Shown here piece after piece: positions 41,334 through 51,710 of a stretch of DNA of 64,000 nucleotides. Position 1 is the stretch's first letter. Each line of letters opens with the position of its first letter. The translations under genes and the position numbers were made by a program. The notes beneath the pieces were generated by a model. The model saw nothing but the letters and a program-made list of their open reading frames with translations, was not told where the DNA came from and searched no databases. The DNA is from an uncultured Gammaproteobacteria bacterium (GTDB lineage: Bacteria > Patescibacteriota > Patescibacteriia > Magasanikbacterales > UBA922): positions 5,624-69,623 of the forward strand of contig CAZQXB010000002.1 in assembly GCA_964597575.1 (NCBI GenBank). Reading direction: 5' to 3'.

Positions 41334-41348
41334 TCTTTCTTTTGTTGT

Positions 41349-41999
41349 TTAGGCGCCCATCTGTGCTGCGACCTCTGCCGCATAATCCACCTTCGCTTTT
41401 TCGATACCTTCACCGACAACGAAACGAGTAAAGCGACGAACAGACACCTTTTCTCCAATCTCAACGGTCTTTTGTGTTAAGAGAGCACTGATCGTTTTGT
41501 CTTCATCTTTAATAAACGGTTGATCGAGAAGGCAAATATCGCCGTAGAACTTAGACATCTTCCCTTCGATAATTTTTTCTATCATTGCCTCAGGTTTCCC
41601 TTCAACTTTGAGTTGCTCACGGTGAAAGTTCTTTTCTTTTTCTAAAACGTCAGCAGGAACTTCTTCACGAGAAAGATACTTTGGAGCAACCGCAGCCACA
41701 TGCATTGCTACATCAGTTGCAAGTGCTTTAAAACCATCCGTTTTGGCCACAAAGTCAGTTTCACAATTCATTTCAAGAAGAACTCCGATGCGTCCGCCAC
41801 CATGAAGGTATGACACGATCAATCCCTCAGCAGCCACCTTGTCTGCGCGTTTTGCTGCCTTAAGCATTCCGCGTTCACGCAAAATTTCAGCCGCACGAAC
41901 CATGTCGCCAGCGGCCTCATCAAGCGCTTTTTTACAATCAAGCATACCGGCTCCGGTTTGAGTGCGGAGTTCGGCTACCATCGAAGCTGTAATAGCCAT
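41349..41999 (-). CDS. tsf: Elongation factor Ts (short form)
   Basis: ELRTQTGAGMLDCKKAL and EMNCETDFVAK. Confidence 0.98.
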   Translation of the reverse strand: MAITASMVAELRTQTGAGMLDCKKALDEAAGDMVRAAEILRERGMLKAAKRADKVAAEGLIVSYLHGGGRIGVLLEMNCETDFVAKTDGFKALATDVAMHVAAVAPKYLSREEVPADVLEKEKNFHREQLKVEGKPEAMIEKIIEGKMSKFYGDICLLDQPFIKDEDKTISALLTQKTVEIGEKVSVRRFTRFVVGEGIEKAKVDYAAEVAAQMGA

Positions 42000-42096
42000 A
42001 GAAAATGTATAGAATAAATGGACAAGAACCTTCTTCACCTAGGAAGAAAACGAAATTGAGAGGCGGACTCGAAGAATATGGGTCCACTCTCTTTTT

Positions 42097-42858
42097 TTAC
42101 TGTGAAGCTACCGCTACGTCTTTCGCAATTTCCTTTTTCAGCACTTCCATTTTCTTTTCTTTCATTTGTTTTTCAAATTCCGCGCGACCTTCTTTGGCAG
42201 CTTCAGCTACGAGGGTTACAATCATCTTGATTGCGTTCACTGCGTCGTCGTTGGCTGGAATAACGTAGTCTGCTTTTTCTGGATTTGCATTCGTATCACA
42301 CACAGCAATTACCGGAACGTTCATTGATTTCGCTTCTGTGATCGTGGTTTTTTCACGCTGCATCGCAGGCACAAAAACGGCATCTGGAAGTTTATCGAGA
42401 TTCACGAGCCCAGCAAGCATTTTATCCATCTTTTCAAGTTTCTTTGCAATATCAACCTGTTCTTTCTTGGTGTAGCGTTCCAATTCACCTGAAGCCTGTT
42501 CGCCTTTTAAGCGTTTATAATTCGTAATCAACTTTTTCATTTCTGGAAAGTTGGTGAGAAGACCACCGAGCCAACGACCAACCAAAAATGGCATGCCGCA
42601 TGATTCTGCAGCTTCTTTTACGATATCAAGCGCTTGAGGCTTGGTCGTAACAAACAAAACCTGCTTCCCTTCAGCGGCCATGGCTTTAATTTGCGGAAGA
42701 ACTTCTTCCAACTGTCGGCGAGTTTCTTCTAAATGAATCACATGCACACCATTCCGTTCGGTAAAGATGTACTTTGCCATTTTTGGATGCCAACGAGAAA
42801 CCTGGTGCCCAAAATGAACACCGGCCTGCAGCATCTCCATGATTGATGGAACTTTCAT
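42097..42858 (-). CDS. rpsB: 30S ribosomal protein uS2
   Basis: MLQAGVHFGHQ..RWHPKM, RWLGGLLTN, DTNANP and PANDDA. Start set at ATG 42858. Confidence 0.98.
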   Translation of the reverse strand: MKVPSIMEMLQAGVHFGHQVSRWHPKMAKYIFTERNGVHVIHLEETRRQLEEVLPQIKAMAAEGKQVLFVTTKPQALDIVKEAAESCGMPFLVGRWLGGLLTNFPEMKKLITNYKRLKGEQASGELERYTKKEQVDIAKKLEKMDKMLAGLVNLDKLPDAVFVPAMQREKTTITEAKSMNVPVIAVCDTNANPEKADYVIPANDDAVNAIKMIVTLVAEAAKEGRAEFEKQMKEKKMEVLKKEIAKDVAVASQ

Positions 42859-42987
42859 AGATTTCCTTAAACCTCCCAGGGTTGGCTGTTCGAATGGCGA
42901 ACAGAGGAAATAGTGCCTTTTCTCAGGCGGTCCCTGGTGAGAGATGAATATGGGCCTCAGTGTACCGAAACTACTATAAATTGTCAA
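42859..42987 (-). promoter_or_regulatory. rpsB promoter and structured 5' leader
   Basis: TTGACA-17-TACACT. Leader has CCAGGG/CCCTGG enclosing GCCT-GAGA-AAAGGC and CTGTTCG-CCATT-CGAACAG hairpins, then GGAGG and TAAGGA before ATG. Confidence 0.7.
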
Positions 42988-42992
42988 GGCTC

Positions 42993-43122
42993 TTGACAAC
43001 AGAGCCAAAATGGAGTATATTTTCTGGTTGACTGCCATAGGAAAAATGCCTGGGCAGCGGCTTACCTTGGCAATTCGCCTCGGTAATTACCCCCTTCATC
43101 CGAAGGGACAAGGACACGACAA
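42993..43122 (+). promoter_or_regulatory. Promoter and three-hairpin leader of GC-rich cassette 3
   Basis: TTGACA-17-TATATT. Hairpins CTGCC/GGCAG, TTACC/GGTAA and CCCTTC-ATCC-GAAGGG, then AAGGA before GTG. Confidence 0.65.
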
Positions 43123-43956
43123 GTGAGCAAGCAGAAGAGCGGTTCGATGGTTCCCGGCAAGATGACCCTGGCCGAGGCGAAGCAGTGGCGCCCGGACCCA
43201 GCCAACAAGCCGACCCGCGTCATCCCGGAGCGCCTGCAGACCAAGGGGCGCATGAACGCGGTCGCCCGCTACGAGCAGGTCTTCGCCCGGCGCAAGGGCG
43301 TCGGTGGCACGAAGGATCAGATCATGGCGGGCATGAAGAACATCCGCCGTAAGAACGAGACGGTGTACGCCTGCCGGCAGGCGTACACCGCCCTGCTCGA
43401 CTGCGGGTACATCCGTGAGATCGAACTGACCGACAAGAAGGACATGGTGTTCGTCATCTTCCTCGTGGCGCCGGCCGTGCCCGAGAAGAAGACCGCGACG
43501 AAGACGACCGGGGTCAAGAAGGTCGAAGGAACCATCAAGGTCGACCGCAGCAAGATCACGGATCTCCAGCCGGTCGAGACGCGTGGGAGCGACCGCACCG
43601 AGGAGGAGCTGCTCACGCAGAGGATGGCCGAGCTCGACGCCGAGGAAGGTGCGCTCGAGGCCAACCTCCTCAACGTGCGCGACGAGAAGAAGGCCACCCA
43701 GACCAGGCTCACAGAACTTCTGGCCGCCGCGGTCGATCAGAAGGCGAGGGACTTGATCCCGAACGTCACCCACCTGGGCGAGCTGGCGTTCAGCGAGCTG
43801 GCCTTCGCGATCGAGGCCGAGAAGTTGCGCCGTCGAGGCCGTGACAGCACGGACAGCACCGACGAGAACGATGGCGCTGGAGCGACCGCCCCGGCCATGA
43901 TGGCCACTCCCGGTCTGAGCGGCACCAGTTCCGCGACCCAGATGGCCACCGCCTAG
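43123..43956 (+). CDS. GC-rich orphan protein, possible winged-helix domain plus coiled coil
   Basis: 27 of the first 30 codons end in G/C, and 43141-43200 is 41/60 G+C (hand counts). Basic N-terminus, heptad-like segment at ~aa 160-205. Confidence 0.8.
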   Translation: MSKQKSGSMVPGKMTLAEAKQWRPDPANKPTRVIPERLQTKGRMNAVARYEQVFARRKGVGGTKDQIMAGMKNIRRKNETVYACRQAYTALLDCGYIREIELTDKKDMVFVIFLVAPAVPEKKTATKTTGVKKVEGTIKVDRSKITDLQPVETRGSDRTEEELLTQRMAELDAEEGALEANLLNVRDEKKATQTRLTELLAAAVDQKARDLIPNVTHLGELAFSELAFAIEAEKLRRRGRDSTDSTDENDGAGATAPAMMATPGLSGTSSATQMATA

Positions 43957-43994
43957 CCACACCACTCACGTGACGTAGCAAGGCAAGGAGAAGA

Positions 43995-44054
43995 TACCCG
44001 AGTTTACGCACACATTGAAAGGAGATGTGCGCAACTCGGGTGTTTTTATTTTTT
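43995..44054 (+). terminator. Long hairpin terminator of cassette 3
   Basis: ACCCGAGTT.CGCACA...TGTGCG.AACTCGGGT followed by a T-tract. Confidence 0.75.
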
Positions 44055-44073
44055 CTGCTATACTATGTACCAT

Positions 44074-44832
44074 ATGTTTACCCCTTCTGCTCCTTGGTAT
44101 AAACATGGCGCCGGCCGTGCCTTCCTTATTTTTCTCGCTATCATCGGGCTTATTGCAGCGAGCTTCGGTACTTTGGTTGCTTATTATTTGTGGCACTATA
44201 ACCAAGGTACTTTTGCAACTGTTGAAAAAAAACTCTATGAAGGCAGGCAAAGCACCTTGACTGGAGCGGCGCAGCAACCCAAAAACCCAACCATTGCGGA
44301 CCCTACAAAACTGATCCGTGCGCACAACCCTACCATTGGCGAGACCGATGCGCCGATTACGGTCATCATGTTCATCGACTTTGAGTGTCCATTTTGCCAA
44401 GCCGATTACGCCAGCATGCAAAAAATTCGTGACCAGTACGCCGGCGTGGCGCGATTTGTATTTAAACATTTTCCCGTTGAAGCCATTCATCCCAACGCAC
44501 GCACGGCTGCCATGGCTGCCGCTTGTGCAGCAGAAGAGGGAAAATTCTGGCCGTACTACGATCATTTATTTCAAAACAAAAATCTTTCTGAACACGGTTT
44601 AGCGACCGCAGCCACAGCGCTTAACATTAAAACCCCTCGTTTCGACAGCTGTCGAAGCACGTACCGCACGGCAAAATTCATTGAAGAAGATGTAAACGAC
44701 GCTTACGCTATTGGTATTCGCGGAACACCAACGTATATCGTCAACGGCACCCGTATCGATGGGAGTATTCCAGAAAGCGAATGGCAGCGCATCATGGTTG
44801 AAGCACTCAAAACACCCGCCACAAAACCATAA
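44074..44832 (+). CDS. DsbA-family thiol-disulfide oxidoreductase
   Basis: TM anchor, [14 protein letters not shown] and GIRGTPT. Confidence 0.92.
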   Translation: MFTPSAPWYKHGAGRAFLIFLAIIGLIAASFGTLVAYYLWHYNQGTFATVEKKLYEGRQSTLTGAAQQPKNPTIADPTKLIRAHNPTIGETDAPITVIMFIDFECPFCQADYASMQKIRDQYAGVARFVFKHFPVEAIHPNARTAAMAAACAAEEGKFWPYYDHLFQNKNLSEHGLATAATALNIKTPRFDSCRSTYRTAKFIEEDVNDAYAIGIRGTPTYIVNGTRIDGSIPESEWQRIMVEALKTPATKP

Positions 44833-44890
44833 TTGACATATTCCCTTTCCTCGCGTATACTTCTCATCCGACCAATCCTCAATGAATTGT

Positions 44891-47743
44891 ATGCCCGAGT
44901 ATATCAGCATTAAAGGTGCCCGCGTCAATAATTTAAAAAACATTTCGGTTAAGATTCCTAAAAATGCCCTTACGGTTATTACCGGTCTTTCAGGTTCTGG
45001 AAAATCTTCTTTAGCTTTTGATACCATTTACGCCGAGGGTCAGCGCCGCTACGCAGAAAGCTTGAATGCCTACGCGCGACAATTCATGGAACTTCAAGAT
45101 AAACCCGATGTTGACGAGATTACCGGCCTCTCCCCGACTATTGCGATCGATCAGCGAAACACTACTCAAAACCCTCGTTCAACGGTTGGTACGACCACCG
45201 AAATTTACGATGGTCTTCGCCTTCTTTTTTCTCGTGTTGGCGTGCAGTACGACCCGGAGACTGGTGAATCGGTCAGCCATTTTACCTCCGGCCAAATTGT
45301 AGAAACGGTTCGCTCTCTCGCCCGTAAGGTCTCACCGCTTCTTATTGTGTCGCCGGTATACACCAATATTACGGTGCAATCGCGCACCCTTGTAAAACAA
45401 CTTGAACAAAGCGGGCACACTTCTGTGCGTGTGAATGGTGTACCAATGAAACTCGCACAAATAAAAACCTATCCTTTCCAGACAGAAAAAAAATATTCTA
45501 TTGATGTCGTTCTTGCAACGATTACGGATTCTAAAAAACAAGATGTCGCTGAAGCAGTACTAAAAGCCTTAGAGCTTGCGAATGGCACAGTAATTATCGC
45601 GAACGCTGAAACAGGCGAAGAGACACGGTACTCCACCTTCCCCTACGCTATTAAAAGTGATCGCCGTTTTGACCCAATCGAACCTCGTACGTTTAGTTTT
45701 AATAGCCCCTATGGCGCTTGCGCACGCTGTACTGGTCTTGGCTACACACTTGAAGTGAACCCAGAACTCGTTATCCCAAACCCCCGCCTTACCTTAGCCG
45801 AAGGCGCCATTCAGCCATGGACTCGTATTGTTGGGAACCAAAGCATGTACAGCAAGCTCGTTGAAGCAGTTGCCACTGTTCACGCTTTTTCAGTGCATAC
45901 GCCGGTAAAAGATTTATCGGGCAAAGTCATGGACATGCTCCTGTTCGGTACCGACGGACAAGAGTACGATGTGGAAGGGAAAAAAATGCGCTTTGAGGGG
46001 ATTATCCCCAACCTCACCGCTCGTCATGCTGAAACTGATTCTGAATACATCCGCAAGGAAATCCAAGAATACATGCGTGAAACACTCTGTTCTTCCTGCA
46101 AAGGAAAACGGCTGAAAGTAGAATCACTTCATGTGCGCATTGGAGACATGTCGATTGCTGACATTGTAGAGTTAAGCGTTGAAGAAGCGCTGAACCTTTT
46201 TCAGAATTATCTTCCGAACGGAAAGACCAAAAAAACTCCAACGAGTGATCCGTTTCGTTTAAGCACTCAACACGAAAAAATTACGTTTCCTATTTTAAAG
46301 GAAATGATTCGCCGTCTTGAAGATTTGCGTTCAGTTGGGTTGCACTACCTCACACTTGATCGAAGCATGGCTACATTGTCAGGAGGTGAATCACAACGTG
46401 TTCGCCTTTCAACGCAGCTTTCAACCGGACTCACGAATGTTATTTATATCTTAGATGAACCTTCCATTGGGCTTCACAGTAAAGATAACGACAAGCTCAT
46501 TGCAACCTTAAAAACTCTTCGCGATATTGGAAACACCGTCATCGTGGTTGAGCACGATGCCGCCATGATGGAATCGGCCGACTACGTCATTGATATTGGT
46601 CCAGGAGCTGGAGAATATGGTGGTGAGGTGGTGGCCGAAGGAACCCCTGCAGCCATTAAAAAGGCCAAGAAATCTCTCACCGGTCAGTATCTTTCCGGCA
46701 AAGAAGGAATTACACCGCCAAAAACACTCCACAAAGGGAATGGAAAGAGTATCGACATTGTCGGGGCGACTGCCTTCAACTTAAAAAATATTGATGTTTC
46801 TATTCCTCTTGGAAAGTTGGTCTGTGTTACTGGCGTTTCTGGTTCTGGAAAATCAACTCTTATTATTGATATTTTGAGTAAGGCCTTGAGCCAACATTTT
46901 TATCGTGCAAAAGCCGAACCAGGAGCACACAAAAACATTAAAGGGCTCACCAATATTGACAAAGTGATCTCCATTGACCAAACTCCTATCGGTCGTACCC
47001 CTCGTTCAAATCCAGCCACCTACACCGGTGTTTTCACGGCGATTCGTGACTTATTTACGAATGTCCCAGAAGCTAAAATGCGTGGCTACGATGCCGGCAT
47101 GTTCAGCTTCAATGTAAAAGGTGGTGGACGTTGCGAGGCCTGTGCCGGGGAAGGATATATTCGCATTCCAATGCAATTTTTAACCGACGTATTTGTTGAG
47201 TGTACGGAATGTGTCGGTAAACGCTACAATAAGGAAGCTCTTGAAATTCATTATCGCGGGAAACACATTGGGGATGTCCTTGAAATGACGGTTGAGGAAG
47301 CACACCGATTCTTCCGCGATATTCCGGCTATTGCAGACAAACTCGATATTTTACGCGATGTCGGCTTAAGTTATTTAAAACTTGGCCAGCCTGCAACCAC
47401 CGTTTCTGGGGGTGAGGCACAACGTATTAAATTGGCCACAGAACTTGCGCGTCGATCAACCGGAAAAACCTTATACATTTTAGACGAACCAACGACGGGT
47501 CTTCATTTTGAAGATATTAAACGCCTGCTTCATGTCTTGAACCAGCTCGTCGATAAAGGCAATACAGTTCTTATTATCGAACATAACATGGATGTCGCTG
47601 CCTCTTCAGACTGGATTATTGACCTCGGGCCAGATGGGGGTAAAAGTGGAGGTGAGCTTGTGGCTGAGGGCACACCAAAAGAAGTCGCTGCAGTGAAAAA
47701 AAGCTACACAGGTCATTATCTCAAGGATCTCGTAAAAAAATAA
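44891..47743 (+). CDS. uvrA: Excinuclease ABC subunit A
   Basis: [24 protein letters not shown], two ABC ATPase sites and [11 protein letters not shown]. Promoter TTGACA-17-TATACT at 44833-44861. Confidence 0.98.
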   Translation: MPEYISIKGARVNNLKNISVKIPKNALTVITGLSGSGKSSLAFDTIYAEGQRRYAESLNAYARQFMELQDKPDVDEITGLSPTIAIDQRNTTQNPRSTVGTTTEIYDGLRLLFSRVGVQYDPETGESVSHFTSGQIVETVRSLARKVSPLLIVSPVYTNITVQSRTLVKQLEQSGHTSVRVNGVPMKLAQIKTYPFQTEKKYSIDVVLATITDSKKQDVAEAVLKALELANGTVIIANAETGEETRYSTFPYAIKSDRRFDPIEPRTFSFNSPYGACARCTGLGYTLEVNPELVIPNPRLTLAEGAIQPWTRIVGNQSMYSKLVEAVATVHAFSVHTPVKDLSGKVMDMLLFGTDGQEYDVEGKKMRFEGIIPNLTARHAETDSEYIRKEIQEYMRETLCSSCKGKRLKVESLHVRIGDMSIADIVELSVEEALNLFQNYLPNGKTKKTPTSDPFRLSTQHEKITFPILKEMIRRLEDLRSVGLHYLTLDRSMATLSGGESQRVRLSTQLSTGLTNVIYILDEPSIGLHSKDNDKLIATLKTLRDIGNTVIVVEHDAAMMESADYVIDIGPGAGEYGGEVVAEGTPAAIKKAKKSLTGQYLSGKEGITPPKTLHKGNGKSIDIVGATAFNLKNIDVSIPLGKLVCVTGVSGSGKSTLIIDILSKALSQHFYRAKAEPGAHKNIKGLTNIDKVISIDQTPIGRTPRSNPATYTGVFTAIRDLFTNVPEAKMRGYDAGMFSFNVKGGGRCEACAGEGYIRIPMQFLTDVFVECTECVGKRYNKEALEIHYRGKHIGDVLEMTVEEAHRFFRDIPAIADKLDILRDVGLSYLKLGQPATTVSGGEAQRIKLATELARRSTGKTLYILDEPTTGLHFEDIKRLLHVLNQLVDKGNTVLIIEHNMDVAASSDWIIDLGPDGGKSGGELVAEGTPKEVAAVKKSYTGHYLKDLVKK

Positions 47744-47763
47744 AATCTTTTCTTAATTAAAGG

Positions 47764-47790
47764 AACCCGCATCGAGAATTCGATGCGGGT
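47764..47790. terminator. Hairpin terminator between convergent uvrA and cassette 4
   Basis: ACCCGCATCGA-gaat-TCGATGCGGGT. Confidence 0.75.
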
Positions 47791-47831
47791 CTTTGGTTCA
47801 GGCCAGCTGCAGGATTGCAAGCGACCCACTT

Positions 47832-48230
47832 CTACATGTGGTGGACGAGCTTGACCCAGCCAACAACCGGCTCTGGTTTCGCCTCCCACTCATAACGGGA
47901 ACGGTCGCACAGGTTTCCGGTCGGCAGGCGGCAAAGCTTAGTCTCGCGGACCATGACAATCCAGCCCCGCAATAAGGTGGCACACGCCTCCACAGACGCG
48001 TCGACATGTGATATGCCGGTGTAGAACTCGAGGGTGGCTTCTCCAGCGCGAGCGTGAAACTCGCAGGAGATGAGCACTCCGTCGGCGTCTCGACTGGCGA
48101 TGATGTAGACCACTTCAGCCGGATACGACTCAGCATTCACGAAACATCCCCGCTCTCGAGTAATGACATCGATCGGGTAGATGATGAAAGCCACGAACAC
48201 GAGGAACTTGAGCCAGCTCTTGTTTTCCAT
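47832..48230 (-). CDS. GC-rich orphan protein with an N-terminal TM/signal and several Cys (cassette 4)
   Basis: SD GGGAGAGGT before ATG 48230 (MENKSWLKFLVFVAFII...). 47881-47940 is 37/60 G+C. Confidence 0.65.
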   Translation of the reverse strand: MENKSWLKFLVFVAFIIYPIDVITRERGCFVNAESYPAEVVYIIASRDADGVLISCEFHARAGEATLEFYTGISHVDASVEACATLLRGWIVMVRETKLCRLPTGNLCDRSRYEWEAKPEPVVGWVKLVHHM

Positions 48231-48389
48231 TGTTTTTACCTCTCCCTGTGAACAATCTCTCATGGCAGTAGAAGCAAGGCACATGACCCTGAACCACTAC
48301 CGCCACGAAAGACTGTTCTTGCCTAATGAAAGCTAAAATAAAGCTCTATATAGACACATGATTATAGCACAACATAGCACTTTTGTCAA
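48231..48389 (-). promoter_or_regulatory. Consensus promoter and 22-bp hairpin leader of cassette 4
   Basis: Perfect TTGACA-17-TATAAT (48389-48361). Stem 48318-48297 pairs with 48271-48250 over 22 bp, including 4 G:U pairs. Confidence 0.8.
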
Positions 48390-48410
48390 GATTATTAGCA
48401 ACTTACCGAT

Positions 48411-48441
48411 AAAAAAGAACCCCGATATCGGGGTTCTTTTT
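48411..48441 (-). terminator. rplS terminator
   Basis: AAAAAGAACCCCGA-ta-TCGGGGTTCTTTTT. Confidence 0.85.
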
Positions 48442-48449
48442 AAGAAAAT

Positions 48450-48788
48450 TTACGCTTTTTTCTCAACGGCACCAACTTCTTTGAGGCGCTTCTTTGAGGT
48501 ACGAAGATGAAGTGGCTTTGCTTGATTCACCTTCATTTGTCGAACGACATCAATCTTGTCAATGACTGGGGAATGAATTGGGAAGATACGCTCTACTCCT
48601 ACGCCGTCTGACATTTTGCGTACGGTAATCGTGGCGCCGGCTTCATGACCATGTTTCATGGAAATGATAATCCCTTCAAAAATCTGAATACGTTCTTTTT
48701 CTTCACCTTTGGTGTTGGTTTCTTTAATTTTTTGATGAACTTTTACGATCATCCCGGCTTGCAATTCTGGCAATCGTGCGTCTGACAT
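48450..48788 (-). CDS. rplS: 50S ribosomal protein bL19
   Basis: KERIQIFEGIII, TITVRKMSDGVGVERIFPIHSP. Confidence 0.97.
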   Translation of the reverse strand: MSDARLPELQAGMIVKVHQKIKETNTKGEEKERIQIFEGIIISMKHGHEAGATITVRKMSDGVGVERIFPIHSPVIDKIDVVRQMKVNQAKPLHLRTSKKRLKEVGAVEKKA

Positions 48789-48932
48789 AAAAAATCAATA
48801 GAAGCGAGAGGTTGAGAATGGACCCAACGTCGGCACATGAAGTTAAGTAATCTAGGCCAAAGTGTACCGTATCGAAGGAAGAATGTCAAGACCCTTTCAG
48901 CCGGCTACAAAAGAGGCTATACTTCTTCGCAT

Positions 48933-49676
48933 ATGAAGAAAATCCTCGGTATTCTTTTTCTCATTCTCGGAGCCAGCGGCCTCCTTTTTACTCACCTGTA
49001 CAAAAAGATGCTCAGGGAAGAAATAAGCCCTTCTTTACCCCAAAAAGAGGTGCCGGCGGCAGAAACACCCCCCCTCTTTATCCTCCCCATTCCTACCTCA
49101 TCCACAATTTCCTTGGGTTTCTCAACAGCAACTCCTCGTTATATTTCTGAGTGGGTAACCAGTACAACAGACATCGCACTAAATGGTGGGTATTTCCATG
49201 AGGACTACACGCCCTCGGGATATCTTGTTATAAACGGAAATCGCATTGGCTCACGGCACTTTGACGAAAATCTTACCGGACTCATCGTATTTTCTTCGAA
49301 CACTATTCGTATTCATGATTTATCTTTAACACCACTCAAAAAAATCCCCCTAGGTGGCAATAATTCAGCAATTCAAAGCTATCCTTTTCTCATAAAAAAT
49401 GGAAATCCTGCGGTCAAAGAAGATTCAGGGAAAATAGCTCGACGCACAGCAATTGGTTTAACGAACACGCATGAGCCCTACCTTATTGTTTCAAGAGAGC
49501 TCATGAGTTTATATGAACTGAGTCTTCGCCTTGCATCTTCAACACCTGCATTTGAAACCGTCCTTAATCTCGATGGCGGGCCTTCAACTGGGTTCATATA
49601 CCGCACTCCAACAACGACGGAAATACTCGATAGTATTACAAAAATTCCACAGACGATCCTTATCGATGCGTGGTAA
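48933..49676 (+). CDS. Phosphodiester glycosidase (NAGPA/DUF2233) family protein
   Basis: ALNGGYF, QSYPFLIKNG, ARRTAIG and LNLDGGPST. Confidence 0.85.
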   Translation: MKKILGILFLILGASGLLFTHLYKKMLREEISPSLPQKEVPAAETPPLFILPIPTSSTISLGFSTATPRYISEWVTSTTDIALNGGYFHEDYTPSGYLVINGNRIGSRHFDENLTGLIVFSSNTIRIHDLSLTPLKKIPLGGNNSAIQSYPFLIKNGNPAVKEDSGKIARRTAIGLTNTHEPYLIVSRELMSLYELSLRLASSTPAFETVLNLDGGPSTGFIYRTPTTTEILDSITKIPQTILIDAW

Positions 49677-49685
49677 CCAAAAAAA

Positions 49686-50375
49686 CTATCCTAAAAATGT
49701 CTCTGTAAAAACTTTGGCAGCATTTTTATACGAAGCCTCGGACTCGTCTCCTGGCTTTGTAAACTGCCAATTCCAGCAAAGTTTTGAAACAACGGAAAAA
49801 CCAAAGTATTTCAGTACTTTTTTCTGTACTCGTACCACACTCGCCCCGCGCCAATTATGCCCAGTGACAATAATTCCAGCCTCAATAGTTTCAAGAATAT
49901 TTTTTTCTCCAAGGGCTGAGTGTCGATTCTCGAGCCAGGTTAATCGTTCTATGAGTTTTTGATACATCGCATTCATCTGCCCCCAACGGACTGAGCCAAA
50001 AAATACCACGGTATCTGCTACCAACAACACCTGACTCACCTTCCAAAGTTCATCATCCGCATTGTTAATGCTTGCCCAGCACCGATGAGCCCCACTTGGA
50101 TTTTTCATTTCGTCTGGAAGAAGAGCATCCTTTACCCCGCAGACATTTCCTGACTTTGTCGACACATTCCCTTCACAGGGATGAATAAGGAGAGAGGGAA
50201 TGTCAATAATATCCACATGCGTATGTGGAAGCATCGCCTTAAGGCGATGCGCAAGCTCTGTACTCTTGGCACGCTCCCCTTCTTTTTCCCCGCTCCAACG
50301 ATTTGAAGTGGTAATAAAAAGAATGCGTTTTTTATTCTTCAGATAACTCAGGGTTTTTTCTACACGAGCATGCAT
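49686..50375 (-). CDS. Flavodoxin-fold NAD(P)H-dependent FMN reductase-like protein
   Basis: IHPCEGNVS...C...HRCWAS, ADTVVFFGSVRWG and QKLIERL. Confidence 0.75.
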   Translation of the reverse strand: MHARVEKTLSYLKNKKRILFITTSNRWSGEKEGERAKSTELAHRLKAMLPHTHVDIIDIPSLLIHPCEGNVSTKSGNVCGVKDALLPDEMKNPSGAHRCWASINNADDELWKVSQVLLVADTVVFFGSVRWGQMNAMYQKLIERLTWLENRHSALGEKNILETIEAGIIVTGHNWRGASVVRVQKKVLKYFGFSVVSKLCWNWQFTKPGDESEASYKNAAKVFTETFLG

Positions 50376-50392
50376 ATAAAAAAATCATTCCT

Positions 50393-51016
50393 TTACAGAA
50401 TCGACACGCTCTCTATAATACGATTTACAAATGAATCTGGGGAAAATTCTTGCTGTTCTTTCGTACAGGCAGTTTTCTTTTCTGCATCATAATTCGCACA
50501 CTGTGGTGCCCGGAGTACAAACTCTACGGTAACCATTTTTTCACCCTCTTCCTTAGAGTACGTATACTTTGTATACACTGAGCCTGCGGCCCCTTCACTT
50601 TCTGTTCTTACACAGTATCGACTACCCTGAATCGTTCGCATGACTATCTGAATATTTGGCGCAATCGCACCTCCTGTTGCACATGCAAATACCCCGTTCC
50701 TCACGGTAACGGTTGGCGGCCATTCTGAAGGGCGAATAAACGATGTGCCGAGCACTTTCGGATAAGAAAATGATACCCCTCCTGAAGTGACAGGGGAAGC
50801 GGTCCATTCTTCCTCTGTCGAAACCCCCGAAGGGCAGGTAGCGAATTCACAGCGTGGCCCGCTACGACCCACATACGACCCATCAGGGCATAACTTTGCC
50901 TCCATGGTACACACAGCACCCTCCTCGTTCTGTTCTCCATACATTGACCACACCACAAAAATTCCCAGAGCGAGCACCGCTCCGAGCAAGATAAACCACA
51001 ACGTGTTCTTTTTCAT
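50393..51016 (-). CDS. Membrane-anchored protein with a CPR-type CTMEAKLCPDGS motif
   Basis: N-terminal TM, then VCTMEAKLCPDGSYVGRSGPRCEFATCP and EGAAGS. Confidence 0.75.
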   Translation of the reverse strand: MKKNTLWFILLGAVLALGIFVVWSMYGEQNEEGAVCTMEAKLCPDGSYVGRSGPRCEFATCPSGVSTEEEWTASPVTSGGVSFSYPKVLGTSFIRPSEWPPTVTVRNGVFACATGGAIAPNIQIVMRTIQGSRYCVRTESEGAAGSVYTKYTYSKEEGEKMVTVEFVLRAPQCANYDAEKKTACTKEQQEFSPDSFVNRIIESVSIL

Positions 51017-51104
51017 ATATAAGAGAAATGAAATGATAACATTAGTATACTTGTTTAGAATATTGTACACCACCCACACCTTTCCTTTTCACCTTGTCGA
51101 ACAA

Positions 51105-51617
51105 TCAAAGCGAAATTCCAAAAAATCCGGCCAATATACCAGCAAATATAATAAGAAGTATAATGATACGTAAAGCTCTAAAGTACCGAGGGGATTTTCT
51201 ACACACTCTCATAAGCACTGCCAAAACCCCTGTCACTACAAGTTGTGGCCCAATCAAAAAAAGAACTACCTGCGGAATCATGAAAGGCTGAAAAGAAGAA
51301 CTGTTTTGCAAAATAAAAACGTAAAAAAATAATACCGATACCACCTGAATCAAAAAACCCCCTGCTAACAGCTTCAGAAAATCTTGAATTTTCAGTACAG
51401 GAACATATATCAAGAAAAGTGATACCCCAGACGCCACCCAAAAGGAAAATAAGGTGAAGTACCACGACGGTTCTGTCATGAACACCTGCTGAAACAGACA
51501 GAACACAATCACACCTGGACTAAGGACCCATATACTCGGGGCCAAAAAGCGTACAAAAAGAAGCCGATTCCTTCTCAGATGCTCTTCTATACTATTATTT
51601 TCTTTAGAATTCTCCAT
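51105..51617 (-). CDS. Hypothetical membrane protein
   Basis: About five hydrophobic helices. Confidence 0.55.
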   Translation of the reverse strand: MENSKENNSIEEHLRRNRLLFVRFLAPSIWVLSPGVIVFCLFQQVFMTEPSWYFTLFSFWVASGVSLFLIYVPVLKIQDFLKLLAGGFLIQVVSVLFFYVFILQNSSSFQPFMIPQVVLFLIGPQLVVTGVLAVLMRVCRKSPRYFRALRIIILLIIFAGILAGFFGISL

Positions 51618-51710
51618 AGATGGCTCAAGTATACCGCTTCCCCGAGCATCCGCCAAGCCAAAAAAGCCACCCTGGAGACAGGGTGACTTTTTCTTGAAAT
51701 ACCTTTTCTC

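Noticed and set aside
42859-43038. 60-aa N-terminal extension of uS2
   Set aside because: This is the promoter and leader. uS2 homology starts at MKVPSIMEML.
43096-43965. 289-aa antisense ORF spanning cassette 3
   Set aside because: Expected shadow of GC-ending codon usage. Promoter, SD and terminator all support the + strand.
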